64,000 nucleotides of DNA from contig CBDCKW010000009.1 of NCBI GenBank assembly GCA_965218435.1, forward strand, positions 832,001-896,000, given 5' to 3'. The number at the start of each line of letters is the position of its first letter. Within the stretch, counting starts at the first letter, position 1. Source of the DNA: Truepera sp. (GTDB taxonomy: Bacteria; Deinococcota; Deinococci; Deinococcales; Trueperaceae). Below are positions 9,805 through 18,833 of this stretch, piece after piece. Made by a program: the position numbers and the translations under genes. The notes below the pieces were generated by a model. It ran no database searches, was not told the DNA's origin, and saw only the letters and a list, made by a program, of their open reading frames with translations.

Positions 9805-10578
9805 CTACCAGATATTCCCCCCCCGCCAAAATACCACCCCGCGCAAACTCAGCTGTGGGTCGTCTTTGGGGCGCACCACCGGCGGATGGTTCGGATTGGC
9901 CGGATAGAGGACGATAAAGTCGCTCTCAGATTCTTGTTCCTTAAAAAGTTTGACGATGAGCTTATCTTCCTGATGGTCAAAGCAGACCACGACGTCGTTA
10001 TGTTGTGGCAAGAGGCTCGCGGTGTCATACGCTACTTGGTCGCCCTGCGCGATGCTTTTAGGCAGCCCGCGCACGCCTTTACTGATCATACAGTCGCCGT
10101 TAATCAGCGCGACCCGGACATTCTCCTTAAGGCGGCCCCTTAGGTGCGCTTTAGGGATAGCGACGACCTCGAGTTCTGAAGGGTCAAGTTCGTCCGGTTC
10201 GGCGGCCCCGGCAGCGGCCCCGTGATAGACCGGAAAATATTCGTACTCGGGGTGAACGCTAAACCGTAAAAGCGGGTCGGGTAAGACGGCACTTTGCAGG
10301 TGCTTATGGGGAATCTCGAGGCCGTGCGCCTCAGCTAAGGCTCGAGCTTCGTCGTCGCCCAAACGGTACGCTTTGAGGAGCGCCCATACCCGGTCGGACT
10401 TCCAGCGGCGGATGGTTTTTTCCAACTTGCCACTTTCAAAATGGCTGATATACGCCTGCGAAAACCCGAGCGCGTCAGCGACTGCCTGCCCGCTGAACTC
10501 TTCGGGTGTGCCCCGCAACGCCTCGCGGCGACCGCCGAGCAGTAGCCCTAATTTAGGAGGCAATTTAGCCTGCGCCAT
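9805..10578 (-). CDS. XRE HTH + peptidase S24 (CI/LexA-like) repressor
   Basis: HTH AVADALGFSQAYISHFESG, Ala-Gly site (GAAAGA), INGDCM at the GDSM position, LIVKLF, LYPANPNHPP, RGVVFW. Confidence 0.88.
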   Translation of the reverse strand: MAQAKLPPKLGLLLGGRREALRGTPEEFSGQAVADALGFSQAYISHFESGKLEKTIRRWKSDRVWALLKAYRLGDDEARALAEAHGLEIPHKHLQSAVLPDPLLRFSVHPEYEYFPVYHGAAAGAAEPDELDPSELEVVAIPKAHLRGRLKENVRVALINGDCMISKGVRGLPKSIAQGDQVAYDTASLLPQHNDVVVCFDHQEDKLIVKLFKEQESESDFIVLYPANPNHPPVVRPKDDPQLSLRGVVFWRGGNIW

Positions 10579-10641
10579 CGCTCACATCCTCACACTTTAA
10601 TCTTATCACAATACTTATGCAAAGGTGATCGAGCCTTAAGC

Positions 10642-10749
10642 TTGACATAACTTTAGTTATAATCTAAGCTTGAAGTCGAGGCTTGCCGATTCAAGACCAA
10701 AGGGTTACAAAGTAGCAAAAGGCAGGGCGCAGGTTATAACTTTTGTTAT
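10642..10749 (+). promoter_or_regulatory. Divergent promoter with two operator-like palindromes
   Basis: TTGACA(10642)-17 bp-TAAGCT. ATAACTTTAGTTAT (10647-10660) and ATAACTTTTGTTAT (10736-10749). Confidence 0.65.
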
Positions 10750-10761
10750 GGTTAGGAGGGA

Positions 10762-10995
10762 ATGGTGAGTGAGGTGATTGTAGCGGCGCTGATTACGGGC
10801 GGGTTGGGCTTTTTGGGCGTTGTCCTCACACTTTTGCGTCGGCAAGTAGACGAACGCGAGCGGGCGCGGCTACACACTGAACTTAGTGACGCTCAGGCTA
10901 CGCTCGAGCGACTGCGCGGGGAAACCGAACGGTATAAAGCGGCGTATCTAGGACTTTTAGAGCTTACGCAAGAATTGTTGGAAAAGGTCGGCTGA
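10762..10995 (+). CDS. Small membrane-anchored coiled-coil hypothetical protein
   Basis: AGGAGG RBS, N-terminal TM segment, heptad-rich C-terminus. Confidence 0.75.
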   Translation: MVSEVIVAALITGGLGFLGVVLTLLRRQVDERERARLHTELSDAQATLERLRGETERYKAAYLGLLELTQELLEKVG

Positions 10996-11388
10996 CAGGC
11001 TCTGGCTCGGGTACAGAGTCTGCGCTTACTAGCCACATGAAGGTGCCCCAAATTGTGTGCGAGGCGTGAACACTACGTCTCCGACAAGTTTTTCGCCTGA
11101 CACAAGTTGGGGTACACCGCTATTGACAAACGCCGCCTTAATAAACGCCGCTAGGTAGCTTGGTGCCGGGTTCATGGATGAAGGGCAGGTGACGCGTACG
11201 GACCCGGGTGGCACGCGCAGACCTGTAGCCCAGTTCGCTGGCATAGTCCATAGGTGCAGTCCACCCGCCGGTTACCCGGCAGTTGTGTAGGGGTGAGCCG
11301 GGTTTGAGAAGCACGTTCGTGTCAAGCTTAAGGGCGTGCTTTTAGACGGTTTTGCCGCTTACTTTAGGGAGGTTTCCGGTGCTTGTAC

Positions 11389-11807
11389 CCGTTAGATTAC
11401 GGCTCACCTTTACACTTTTGGCTTTGGTGCTCGCGTTTAGCTTCGCTGCGCCGCCTGCACCGGGAACGCTCGGCGCACGTTTGGCGTTAGAGGGTGCGCC
11501 GGGGTTTACGGTTACTCTCAAAGAGAGTGACGCACTTACCGCCCGCTACAGCGTCAGCGTACCCGAAGACGTCCCGGCCGCTGCAAAAGCAGTGACAGCG
11601 TATTTAGTCACGCAGGGTTGGCTTTCGCATCCTAACGTCAGCGAAGCACCCGCTCCCAAACCGGGTGTGGTGCAGCGTCTCGACAGTTTCGTTCAGGGAA
11701 GCGACCTGTTAGAATTGCGTACCGTAAAGGTTGGGCAGGGCGCAGTGACGCTCAAGCTGACGCTGATCTCGCTCGAGGCTCCTCCGCAAGTTGCGGCTGC
11801 GCCGTAG
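11389..11807 (+). CDS. Secreted hypothetical protein
   Basis: GGAGG then GTG. Signal peptide RLRLTFTLLALVLAFSFA. The ORF track starts it at 11352. Confidence 0.7.
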
Positions 11808-11911
11808 TCCTTTACGAGAGTACTAGTAAAAGTCGTTTGGGGTAAACTTGCTAAGGTTAAGCAACGACGGCTACGCTACTAAACCCACCTGACCCGAAGA
11901 AAGGTACTAAG

Positions 11912-13942
11912 ATGAATCCATTTCTCTCTCGAGCGGCGCGAATCCCCTTTGCGGAGATGACGCCGGCAGCCGCCCTACCGGCGATTGACGAGGCGCTGGC
12001 GCAGGCGCAGCGCGACTTAGAGACGCTTACCGCGTCGCCTGAACGTAGTTTCGATACGATTTTGGCGCTCGACAATTTGACCGAACGCTTAGAGCGCCCG
12101 ATGGGGTTCGTGTCGCACTTGACCTCGGTTAAAGACTCGCCTGAACTGCGTGACGTGTTTAATCAGGTGTTGCCGCGCTACACCGCCTTTATGACGCGTT
12201 TGGGGCTCAACGCCGAGCTGTGGCAGGTGGTCAAAGAGGCCGCTGAAATGCCGACGTCGCAGGCGCTGACCGGCGTTTACAAACGCCATTTAGACAAAAC
12301 CGTGCAAGAGTTCGTTCGGGCCGGGGCCGATTTATCCGAAAAAGACAAAGCCCGCGTCGAAGAGGTCAACATCGAACTCTCTAAGCTCTCGCAAAAGTTT
12401 TCTGAAAACGTCCTCGACGCCACCAACGCGTTTGAACTGCTCGTGACCGACGAAGCTGAGCTGGCCGGGTTACCCGAGTCAGCCTTAAAACTCGCCAAAG
12501 CCAGCGCTGAGGCCAAGGGGCAAGAAGGCTGGCGGTTGACGCTCCAGTTTCCGTCGTACTACCCGGTCATGACCTACGCGGAAAACCGGGCGTTACGCGA
12601 GTGCATGTACCGCGCCTATACGAGCCGCGCCGGAAGCGGTGAGTTTGACAACCGTGAGCTGATGGTTCGGATTTTGGAGCTGCGCCGCGAACGTGCTGAG
12701 TTATTGGGCTTCAAGACGCACGCGGATTATGTGTTGGAGCCCCGTATGGTCAGCACCGGCGACGAGGCTTTGACCTTTGTCCGCGACCTTGCCGAGCGCA
12801 CCCGGCCCTACTGGAACGACGAAGTAAAGGCGTTAGAAGCGTTTGCCGAGACGTTGGGCCTTAGTGATTTGGGACCGTGGGATGTGTCGTTCGTCGCTGA
12901 GAAGTTGCGGCAGCAAAACTATGATTTTGACGAAGAGGCGCTCCGCCCGTATTTCCCGCTAAACGGCGTGTTAGACGGGCTTTTTGGAATTACTCAAGAT
13001 ACCTTCGGTGTTACGGTGACGCGCCGCGACAATCCCGAAGTGTGGCATAAAGACGTTGAATACTATGACCTACACGACGAAGCAGGAACGCACCTCGGGT
13101 CGTTTTACGCTGACTGGTTTCCCCGTGAAGACAAACGCGGTGGCGCGTGGATGAACGGTCTGATTACCGGTGGGCCGACGCCTGAAGGTTCTACCGGCGG
13201 TTTTGAGCCGCATATCGGTCTTATCTCGTGTAACTTTTCGCCGCCTGAAGGTGAGCAACCGGCGCTCCTGACCCACGGTGAAGTTGAAACTATCTTTCAC
13301 GAGTTCGGCCACCTCTTGCATCACTGCCTGAGCCGCGTCGAGATTCCAGCCCGGAGTGGCACGAGCGTCGCCTGGGATTTTGTCGAGCTGCCGAGTCAGA
13401 TTATGGAAAACTGGTGTTGGGAAGAGCCCGCATTAGACCGTTTCGCTCGCCATGTTGAAACCGGTGAAAAGGTTCCACACGAGTTATTCGAGAAAATGCG
13501 GGCAGCTCGAACCTTTATGGGCGCGAACATGCAGATGCGCCAGCTCTCACTTGCGACTGCCGACCTGACGCTCCACACGGCCTACAATCCCCAAACCGAC
13601 GGTGACGTGGTGGCGTACACACAGCGGGTGACAGAACCCTTTGCGATTCGTCCGGAATTCGCGCACAACAGCTTCGTGACGGCTTTTTCGCATATCTTTT
13701 CGGGCGGGTATTCAGCGGGCTACTACTCGTACAAGTGGGCCGAAGTCTTAGACGCCGACGCCTTTACGCGCTTTCAAAACGAAGGGCTCTTTAACCCCGA
13801 CACGGGCCGCGCGTATGTGGACACGATCCTCTCGAGAGGTGACAGCGACGCACCCGAAGTGTTGTTCCGCGACTTTATGGGGCGTGATCCCGATCAGGCG
13901 GCGCTCTTACGGCGGAACCTTGGAATTGATGAGGCCGCGTAA
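11912..13942 (+). CDS. prlC: Oligopeptidase A (M3A metallopeptidase)
   Basis: MNPFL, KRGGAWM, FHEFGHLLH, WDFVELPSQIMENW, GYSAGYYSYKWAEVL. Confidence 0.95.
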   Translation: MNPFLSRAARIPFAEMTPAAALPAIDEALAQAQRDLETLTASPERSFDTILALDNLTERLERPMGFVSHLTSVKDSPELRDVFNQVLPRYTAFMTRLGLNAELWQVVKEAAEMPTSQALTGVYKRHLDKTVQEFVRAGADLSEKDKARVEEVNIELSKLSQKFSENVLDATNAFELLVTDEAELAGLPESALKLAKASAEAKGQEGWRLTLQFPSYYPVMTYAENRALRECMYRAYTSRAGSGEFDNRELMVRILELRRERAELLGFKTHADYVLEPRMVSTGDEALTFVRDLAERTRPYWNDEVKALEAFAETLGLSDLGPWDVSFVAEKLRQQNYDFDEEALRPYFPLNGVLDGLFGITQDTFGVTVTRRDNPEVWHKDVEYYDLHDEAGTHLGSFYADWFPREDKRGGAWMNGLITGGPTPEGSTGGFEPHIGLISCNFSPPEGEQPALLTHGEVETIFHEFGHLLHHCLSRVEIPARSGTSVAWDFVELPSQIMENWCWEEPALDRFARHVETGEKVPHELFEKMRAARTFMGANMQMRQLSLATADLTLHTAYNPQTDGDVVAYTQRVTEPFAIRPEFAHNSFVTAFSHIFSGGYSAGYYSYKWAEVLDADAFTRFQNEGLFNPDTGRAYVDTILSRGDSDAPEVLFRDFMGRDPDQAALLRRNLGIDEAA

Positions 13943-14005
13943 ATACATACAACCAAGTTGAGGAGGCTCGAGTCACAATCGTTAAGCTGTATTAAGCTGT
14001 TCGCT

Positions 14006-14593
14006 ATGGACTCGAGCCTTCACAACGGTGATAACCAGACCTTCGCAGATTTGGCGCTTAAAGAGAGGGCGTTGGGGGACGCCACCTTTTACGACTGCCG
14101 CTTTGAACGCTGCGACTTTAGTAGCGCGAGTTTCAAACGTTCACGCTTTGTCGGTTGCACCTTTTCGCACTGCGACCTGAGCCTTGCCAACCTGACCGAC
14201 ACTGATCTGAGCGACGTGCGTTTTGAACACACGGCGCTCGTCGGCGTAAACTTTTCGCTGTTGTCACAGACGAGTTTGGGACCGCTCGAGCTGACCTTCG
14301 ACACTTGTACCCTGACCTACGCGGTGTTTAAGGGTCTTGACCTAAGCGGTTGCAGCTTGACGGACTGTGCTGCACGCGAAGCGGTTTTGGACGGCGTAGA
14401 CCTGAGCCGCGCCGAACTGTGCGGGACGGATTTTGACGGTGCAGTCTTTAGAGCGTGCGATCTATCGGGTGCCGATCTCCAGGGAGCGCACGGTTATCAA
14501 ATCAGCGTCAAACAAAATCAGGTTAGAGGACTCAAAGTATCGTTCCCTGAAGCGTTGGGGCTGCTCTCGGGACTCGAGGTCAGCATCAGCTGA
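14006..14593 (+). CDS. Pentapeptide-repeat protein (MfpA/Qnr-like fold)
   Basis: Repeats such as CRFERCDFSSASF, CDLSLANL, CDLSGADL. TAAGCT sits 7 nt before the ATG. Confidence 0.92.
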   Translation: MDSSLHNGDNQTFADLALKERALGDATFYDCRFERCDFSSASFKRSRFVGCTFSHCDLSLANLTDTDLSDVRFEHTALVGVNFSLLSQTSLGPLELTFDTCTLTYAVFKGLDLSGCSLTDCAAREAVLDGVDLSRAELCGTDFDGAVFRACDLSGADLQGAHGYQISVKQNQVRGLKVSFPEALGLLSGLEVSIS

Positions 14594-14617
14594 TCACATC
14601 AATCCTGATGATATAAA

Positions 14618-15229
14618 TCAGGGTCTACGCCGTGTTCGCGTTACCAGCAGCGCGGTGACGCCGAGTAATCCAGCGAGTATAACCAAACCCGTTACGGCGA
14701 TCTGGCCGTAACTCTGCTCATTTGCGTTCAAAAAGGGGTATGGATACCAACCGACGATGGAGCCGCGAATCAAGCTGTACGCCACATAAGCGAGAGGAAA
14801 AAGCAGCCACACGAGCGCCTGCCCGAAGGCGATACGCCTTTTCGGTGGCACAATCAACCAGTCTGCTAAGAGCGCCAGCGGCATGACGTAGTGCAACACG
14901 GTATTAATCCACGGGACGGGCGTTTGTAAGGACGCCTCGAGGCCGCGCAGCAGCAAAAAATAGATGATGCCGGTCGTTGTCATGTAAAGTGTCGCTGCGC
15001 CGCGGAGCAGGGCAAAACGGCCCGGATCGGCTGAACGCAGTGCTCCAACTCCGGCCAGGAGCAAAACAAACGCCCCGATGAGGTTACTCTCGATAGTGAA
15101 AAAGCTAAAAAAGTTGGCGACGACGAAGGTCTCTCGTTGTAATCCGAGTGCAAGCTGGGTCCCAACTGCGGCGAGCGCGAGCAGTGCGAAAGCCAACCGA
15201 ACAGCGCCGAGAATGCGGGAGCGGGTCAT
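14618..15229 (-). CDS. Pr6Pr-family membrane protein
   Basis: NFFSFFTIESN, LHYVMP, DWL, GWYPYPFLN. Confidence 0.88.
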   Translation of the reverse strand: MTRSRILGAVRLAFALLALAAVGTQLALGLQRETFVVANFFSFFTIESNLIGAFVLLLAGVGALRSADPGRFALLRGAATLYMTTTGIIYFLLLRGLEASLQTPVPWINTVLHYVMPLALLADWLIVPPKRRIAFGQALVWLLFPLAYVAYSLIRGSIVGWYPYPFLNANEQSYGQIAVTGLVILAGLLGVTALLVTRTRRRP

Positions 15230-15684
15230 GACTTTATCATAGGCTTGTGCGTTGTAAAGATGGGGTAGACGCCTCTAAAAGCTTGACTGTATTTCGGGAT
15301 CGGTAAGCGGCAGCAGCAAAGGCGCGGCCTCGGGCGTCGTTAGCAACCGCTCGAGCGCTCCTACTGCAACCGGGTCAACGCCGCTCCCGGCGTCGCGGTA
15401 CAACATCTCCAGGGCTGTTTCAGGACTTAAACCCGCACGGTAGGGTCTCGCGGCGGTGAGTGCTTCAAATTGGTCGGCAACCGAGAGCACACGGACCTCG
15501 AAAGCTAACGTGGTTGCTGAAACTGCGCGGTAGTAGCCGCGCCCGTCGAGGCGTTCGTGGTGCGCCCCCGCGAGCGCAGCGAGTTCTTGAAACGGCCCGA
15601 CCCGTGACAAGATCAGCTCGCTGTAGGCCGGGTGGCGTTTGATGGTGGCAAACTCCGTCGCGGTGAGTTTGCCCCGTTTATCTA

Positions 15685-16558
15685 ACCATTGGTGCTAGTT
15701 CATAGGGAGAACTCAGCAATGCTCATTCTGAAGGGTCAGTTTCAGGATGGAGCTTGTGAAAAAGACGTAGAAGTACGTTGAACATGGCGGTAACGAAGAC
15801 CAAGCGCATCTCGATGTAAGCGGCTAAGCGGTGCCAGATACGTTTGAGGTCACAAACAGTTGTCACCATAGAGAGTGCTGTTTCCACCACCATGCGTTCA
15901 TTCCAGGTCCCCTTGGCACAGAGTTTGAGATTTTCAGGTACGCCCTTGGCAGCTCTGAAACCCAAGTCCGAGAGCACGATGGTCTGCCCGTCGAAGCACT
16001 CAATCAGTGGGTGAAACGTCTGGTCGTGCTCGTTCATCCCTGCCCAGTCCCAGCCGACCACCTGACCCAGGTCATTCAAGAACCAACAGAACTTGATGCC
16101 TACGCTCCACCTCCCCTTGTCTCTGCCTTTCTTGCCTACTTGCTGCTCGCTCCATCCTTGGCGGATGGGGAAGAGCAGTTCGATGGGATAAGAGTCGACT
16201 ACCGTGAAAAAGCTCGGTTTGGCAAGCAATGCCTCACACGAATCCTGATGTGCCCGGAGCAAACGCTGCAAACGTGAACGCTCAGGAAGTCCAGCAAACA
16301 GATCATCATAGTCGCGCTTGAGCCAACGGTAGAAGGCCCGAAACCCTCTGCCTTTGAGGGCGAACAAGATGCCGATAGTCACAAGTTCGCTCGGATACAG
16401 TTTAGCTTGGGGGTGCTTGGCAAGTTTAGGCATAGTGTCATCGACTTCCATAAAGATACGGATGATAATGTCCTCGGTGGTCATAGGTGCTCCTCCTGTG
16501 TTTGTCGCTATTCACAGTTTCAGAGTTCTCTATGACCGCTTCAACTAGCACCATTGGT
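15685..16558 (-). mobile_element. IS982-like insertion sequence, copy 1
   Basis: Terminal IRs ACCATTGGTGCTAGTT / AACTAGCACCATTGGT. 6-bp TSD TATCTA at 15679-15684 and 16559-16564. Confidence 0.9.
15723..16484 (-). CDS. DDE transposase (IS982-like)
   Basis: KLYPSELVTIG, LPERSRLQR, VVDSYPIEL, VLSDLGF, ERMVVET. Confidence 0.88.
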   Translation of the reverse strand: MTTEDIIIRIFMEVDDTMPKLAKHPQAKLYPSELVTIGILFALKGRGFRAFYRWLKRDYDDLFAGLPERSRLQRLLRAHQDSCEALLAKPSFFTVVDSYPIELLFPIRQGWSEQQVGKKGRDKGRWSVGIKFCWFLNDLGQVVGWDWAGMNEHDQTFHPLIECFDGQTIVLSDLGFRAAKGVPENLKLCAKGTWNERMVVETALSMVTTVCDLKRIWHRLAAYIEMRLVFVTAMFNVLLRLFHKLHPETDPSE

Positions 16559-17936
16559 TATCTAACACGAGGTTTGACACGCCCAACTTGCCGATGTCGT
16601 GCAGGAGCGCCCCCCGCGACAGCCGACGGAGCTGCGCTTCGGAGAAGGCTGCGTCGCCGCTAAGCTGTCCGGCTGCGCCGAGCGCAAACTGCTGCACCCG
16701 TTCGGAGTGCCGGTACGTCCACGGCGATTTGGCGTCGATCACGCGGGCAAACGCCTCGGCGATCAGGTCGAGCTGTTTGTCGTTGGTAGGCAAAACCTGT
16801 CACGGGGCTCGAGCGCCTTGACGCGGGCCTCGAGGCCGGTGTGTTCCAAACTTTCCCAAAAGCTAGAGTGCGCCTGCACTCGGCCAAAAGCCGTCACGAC
16901 CTCCGGGTCAAACCAACTGCCCGAACGCGCCAGGGCAACCTGCCACGCTGCTTCGGGGTCTTCGCTCGTATAAAAAACTTCGGCGGTTTGTGCCAGACAC
17001 AACATCCGGCTTAGAAGCGGGATACGCTCGCCCTCAAGTTTATACGGATGGCCGTTGCCGTTCCAGTGCTCGTCCAGAGCGCGAATCGCCGCCGCTGTAC
17101 CTTCGGAAAACCCCATCTGCCGCGCGATGTCGGCTCCGCGTTCGCAGCGGACTTGAGTCAGGGCGGTGTGCCCGCCGCGCCGCCCCAAACCCACGTCGAG
17201 CACGTGTTTAAGCCGCCGGTGCAGCGGCGCGGCGCTCCCGGCGTTAGCGAGCACAAACGGTGTCCCCTCCTTGTAGTTGTCGAGATTGACGCGCTTAAAG
17301 GCCCGTTTGACCTGAAAATCGTCCGCGCCGAAGATGTGGCCGCGTTGCTCGAGCACCCCAAATCTTTTAACAGAAGCGCGTAGTAAAGGTCAGACAGGTC
17401 TTGCGTCCCTAAGCCCAGCTCCTCACCTATCGCCATTCCAATTAAGCAGCTCCGCAGCGCGTGACCTTCGGGTTGCCCTTCGGTCAGGTCGAGCGCGTAG
17501 GTCATCGCGGCGACGACTTCAGAGAGCCGCAGCGTTCCCGACCTCGGCACCACTATAGGCCGCTGTGCGGGAAGGTAGAGGAGTATAAGGTAGGTCCATA
17601 GTAAGCGCAGTCCGCCGGTACTAAAGCGAGTATGACAAAAACACACGCACAAAAATCTTACTTTTGTAGCTTAAAGCTAACCGCACTCATCTACCTGGTA
17701 TTTGCATCCTTTGGTGTGTGTAAACCATCGTTTAGGTTGCAAAACACGCTGAGAGCTGGCTGTCAGAGTCTCTGCTTACTCGTCTGGTTTTTGTAAGGCT
17801 CGAGCGTAGCTGCCGGGTATCAAGCTCTGTGGCGGCTCGAGCCACCCATTACACCCACCTTGCGCTCAGGCACGTAAACTAACGCTATGTTCCGAGCCTA
17901 CTCTGACCGTAGTCCTCTTTTCCGTGTAGGTAAACG

Positions 17937-18812
17937 TTGACCCTTTCGACCTCAGTACGGGCCAAGGCTCAGGCACATCTGTCGCTCGCCCGCATCTCAA
18001 ACGCGCCTACAGTCGTGAGCAACGTTCTGGCTGGCGCGGCACTGGCGAGTGTCGCCGCGCCCGTGACGCTGACTGGTGTGGTGCTGCTCGCTCTAGCACT
18101 GGTGCTCTACTACACCGCCGGGATGTACCTGAACGATTTGTTTGACTTAGAGCTTGACCGTCGTGAGCGCCCCGAACGCCCCCTTCCTGCGGGTCACCTG
18201 AGCAAAAACGAAGCTTTGGGCGCAGCGGTTTTCCTCTTTAGCATTGGGACGTTCTGCCTATCGCTGTTGGGAACGGCCCCGCTCGTTAGCGGCCTGATTT
18301 TAGTGGCTTTAATCGTCCTTTACGACGCGTGGCACAAGACCAATCCGCTCAGCCCCACGTTAATGGCGAGTACCCGGATGATGGTTTACATCACAGCGTT
18401 TGTGGCGTTCTCCCCAGTGCTTACCTTCGCGCTGATTTTTTGGGCGCTGCTGCTCGGTCTTTATATCGTCGGTCTGACCTATATCGCCAAAACTGAAACC
18501 GACAGCTTGACCGGGTATTGGCCTGCGGCGCTCCTTTATCTGCCTGCGCTTATCGGCGCACTTGCCCTACCCTGGGCTGGGTTTTGGCTCCCACTCGTGC
18601 TGGCACTCTGGGTCACCTACAGCGCGTCGTTTGTCTATTTGTCGCGGCAGGTCGGGCAAGCGATCGGTCAGCTGATTGCGGGCGTATCTCTTTTGGACGC
18701 GCTCGTGATTTTGCTCTTCGGCACACTTTCCGGCACTGTGGGCGGCGTGGTCTGGGCGCTTGTGGCGTTTGGGCTGACGCTCTTTTTACAACGCTATATT
18801 CGCGGGACCTGA
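17937..18812 (+). CDS. UbiA-family prenyltransferase (EboC-like)
   Basis: LARISNAPTVVSNVLAG, MYLNDLFDLELDRRERPERPLPAG, YDAWHK; multiple TM segments. Confidence 0.9.
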   Translation: MTLSTSVRAKAQAHLSLARISNAPTVVSNVLAGAALASVAAPVTLTGVVLLALALVLYYTAGMYLNDLFDLELDRRERPERPLPAGHLSKNEALGAAVFLFSIGTFCLSLLGTAPLVSGLILVALIVLYDAWHKTNPLSPTLMASTRMMVYITAFVAFSPVLTFALIFWALLLGLYIVGLTYIAKTETDSLTGYWPAALLYLPALIGALALPWAGFWLPLVLALWVTYSASFVYLSRQVGQAIGQLIAGVSLLDALVILLFGTLSGTVGGVVWALVAFGLTLFLQRYIRGT

Positions 18813-18833
18813 ACGCGCTAAAAGGAGTTGAAA

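Larger units (their letters stand above)
15275..17552 (-). pseudogene. Dual-domain HD-GYP cyclic-dinucleotide phosphodiesterase, disrupted
   Basis: Fragments ALDLTEGQPEGHALRSC / DEHWNGNGHP / DAKSPWTYRHSERV, LLHDIGK / HHERLDGRGY in different frames. Frameshifts near 17335 and 16790, plus an IS inserted at 15685-16558. Confidence 0.9.

Noticed and set aside
11029..11290. Short ORFs between the coiled-coil gene and the secreted protein
   Set aside because: No RBS or leaderless -10 context and no recognisable motifs.
9420..11807. Intact prophage around the CI-like repressor
   Set aside because: No integrase, replication, terminase or structural genes in the vicinity.
14006..14593. Calling the pentapeptide protein a quinolone-resistance gene
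   Set aside because: The fold is evident, but function cannot be assigned from the repeats alone.
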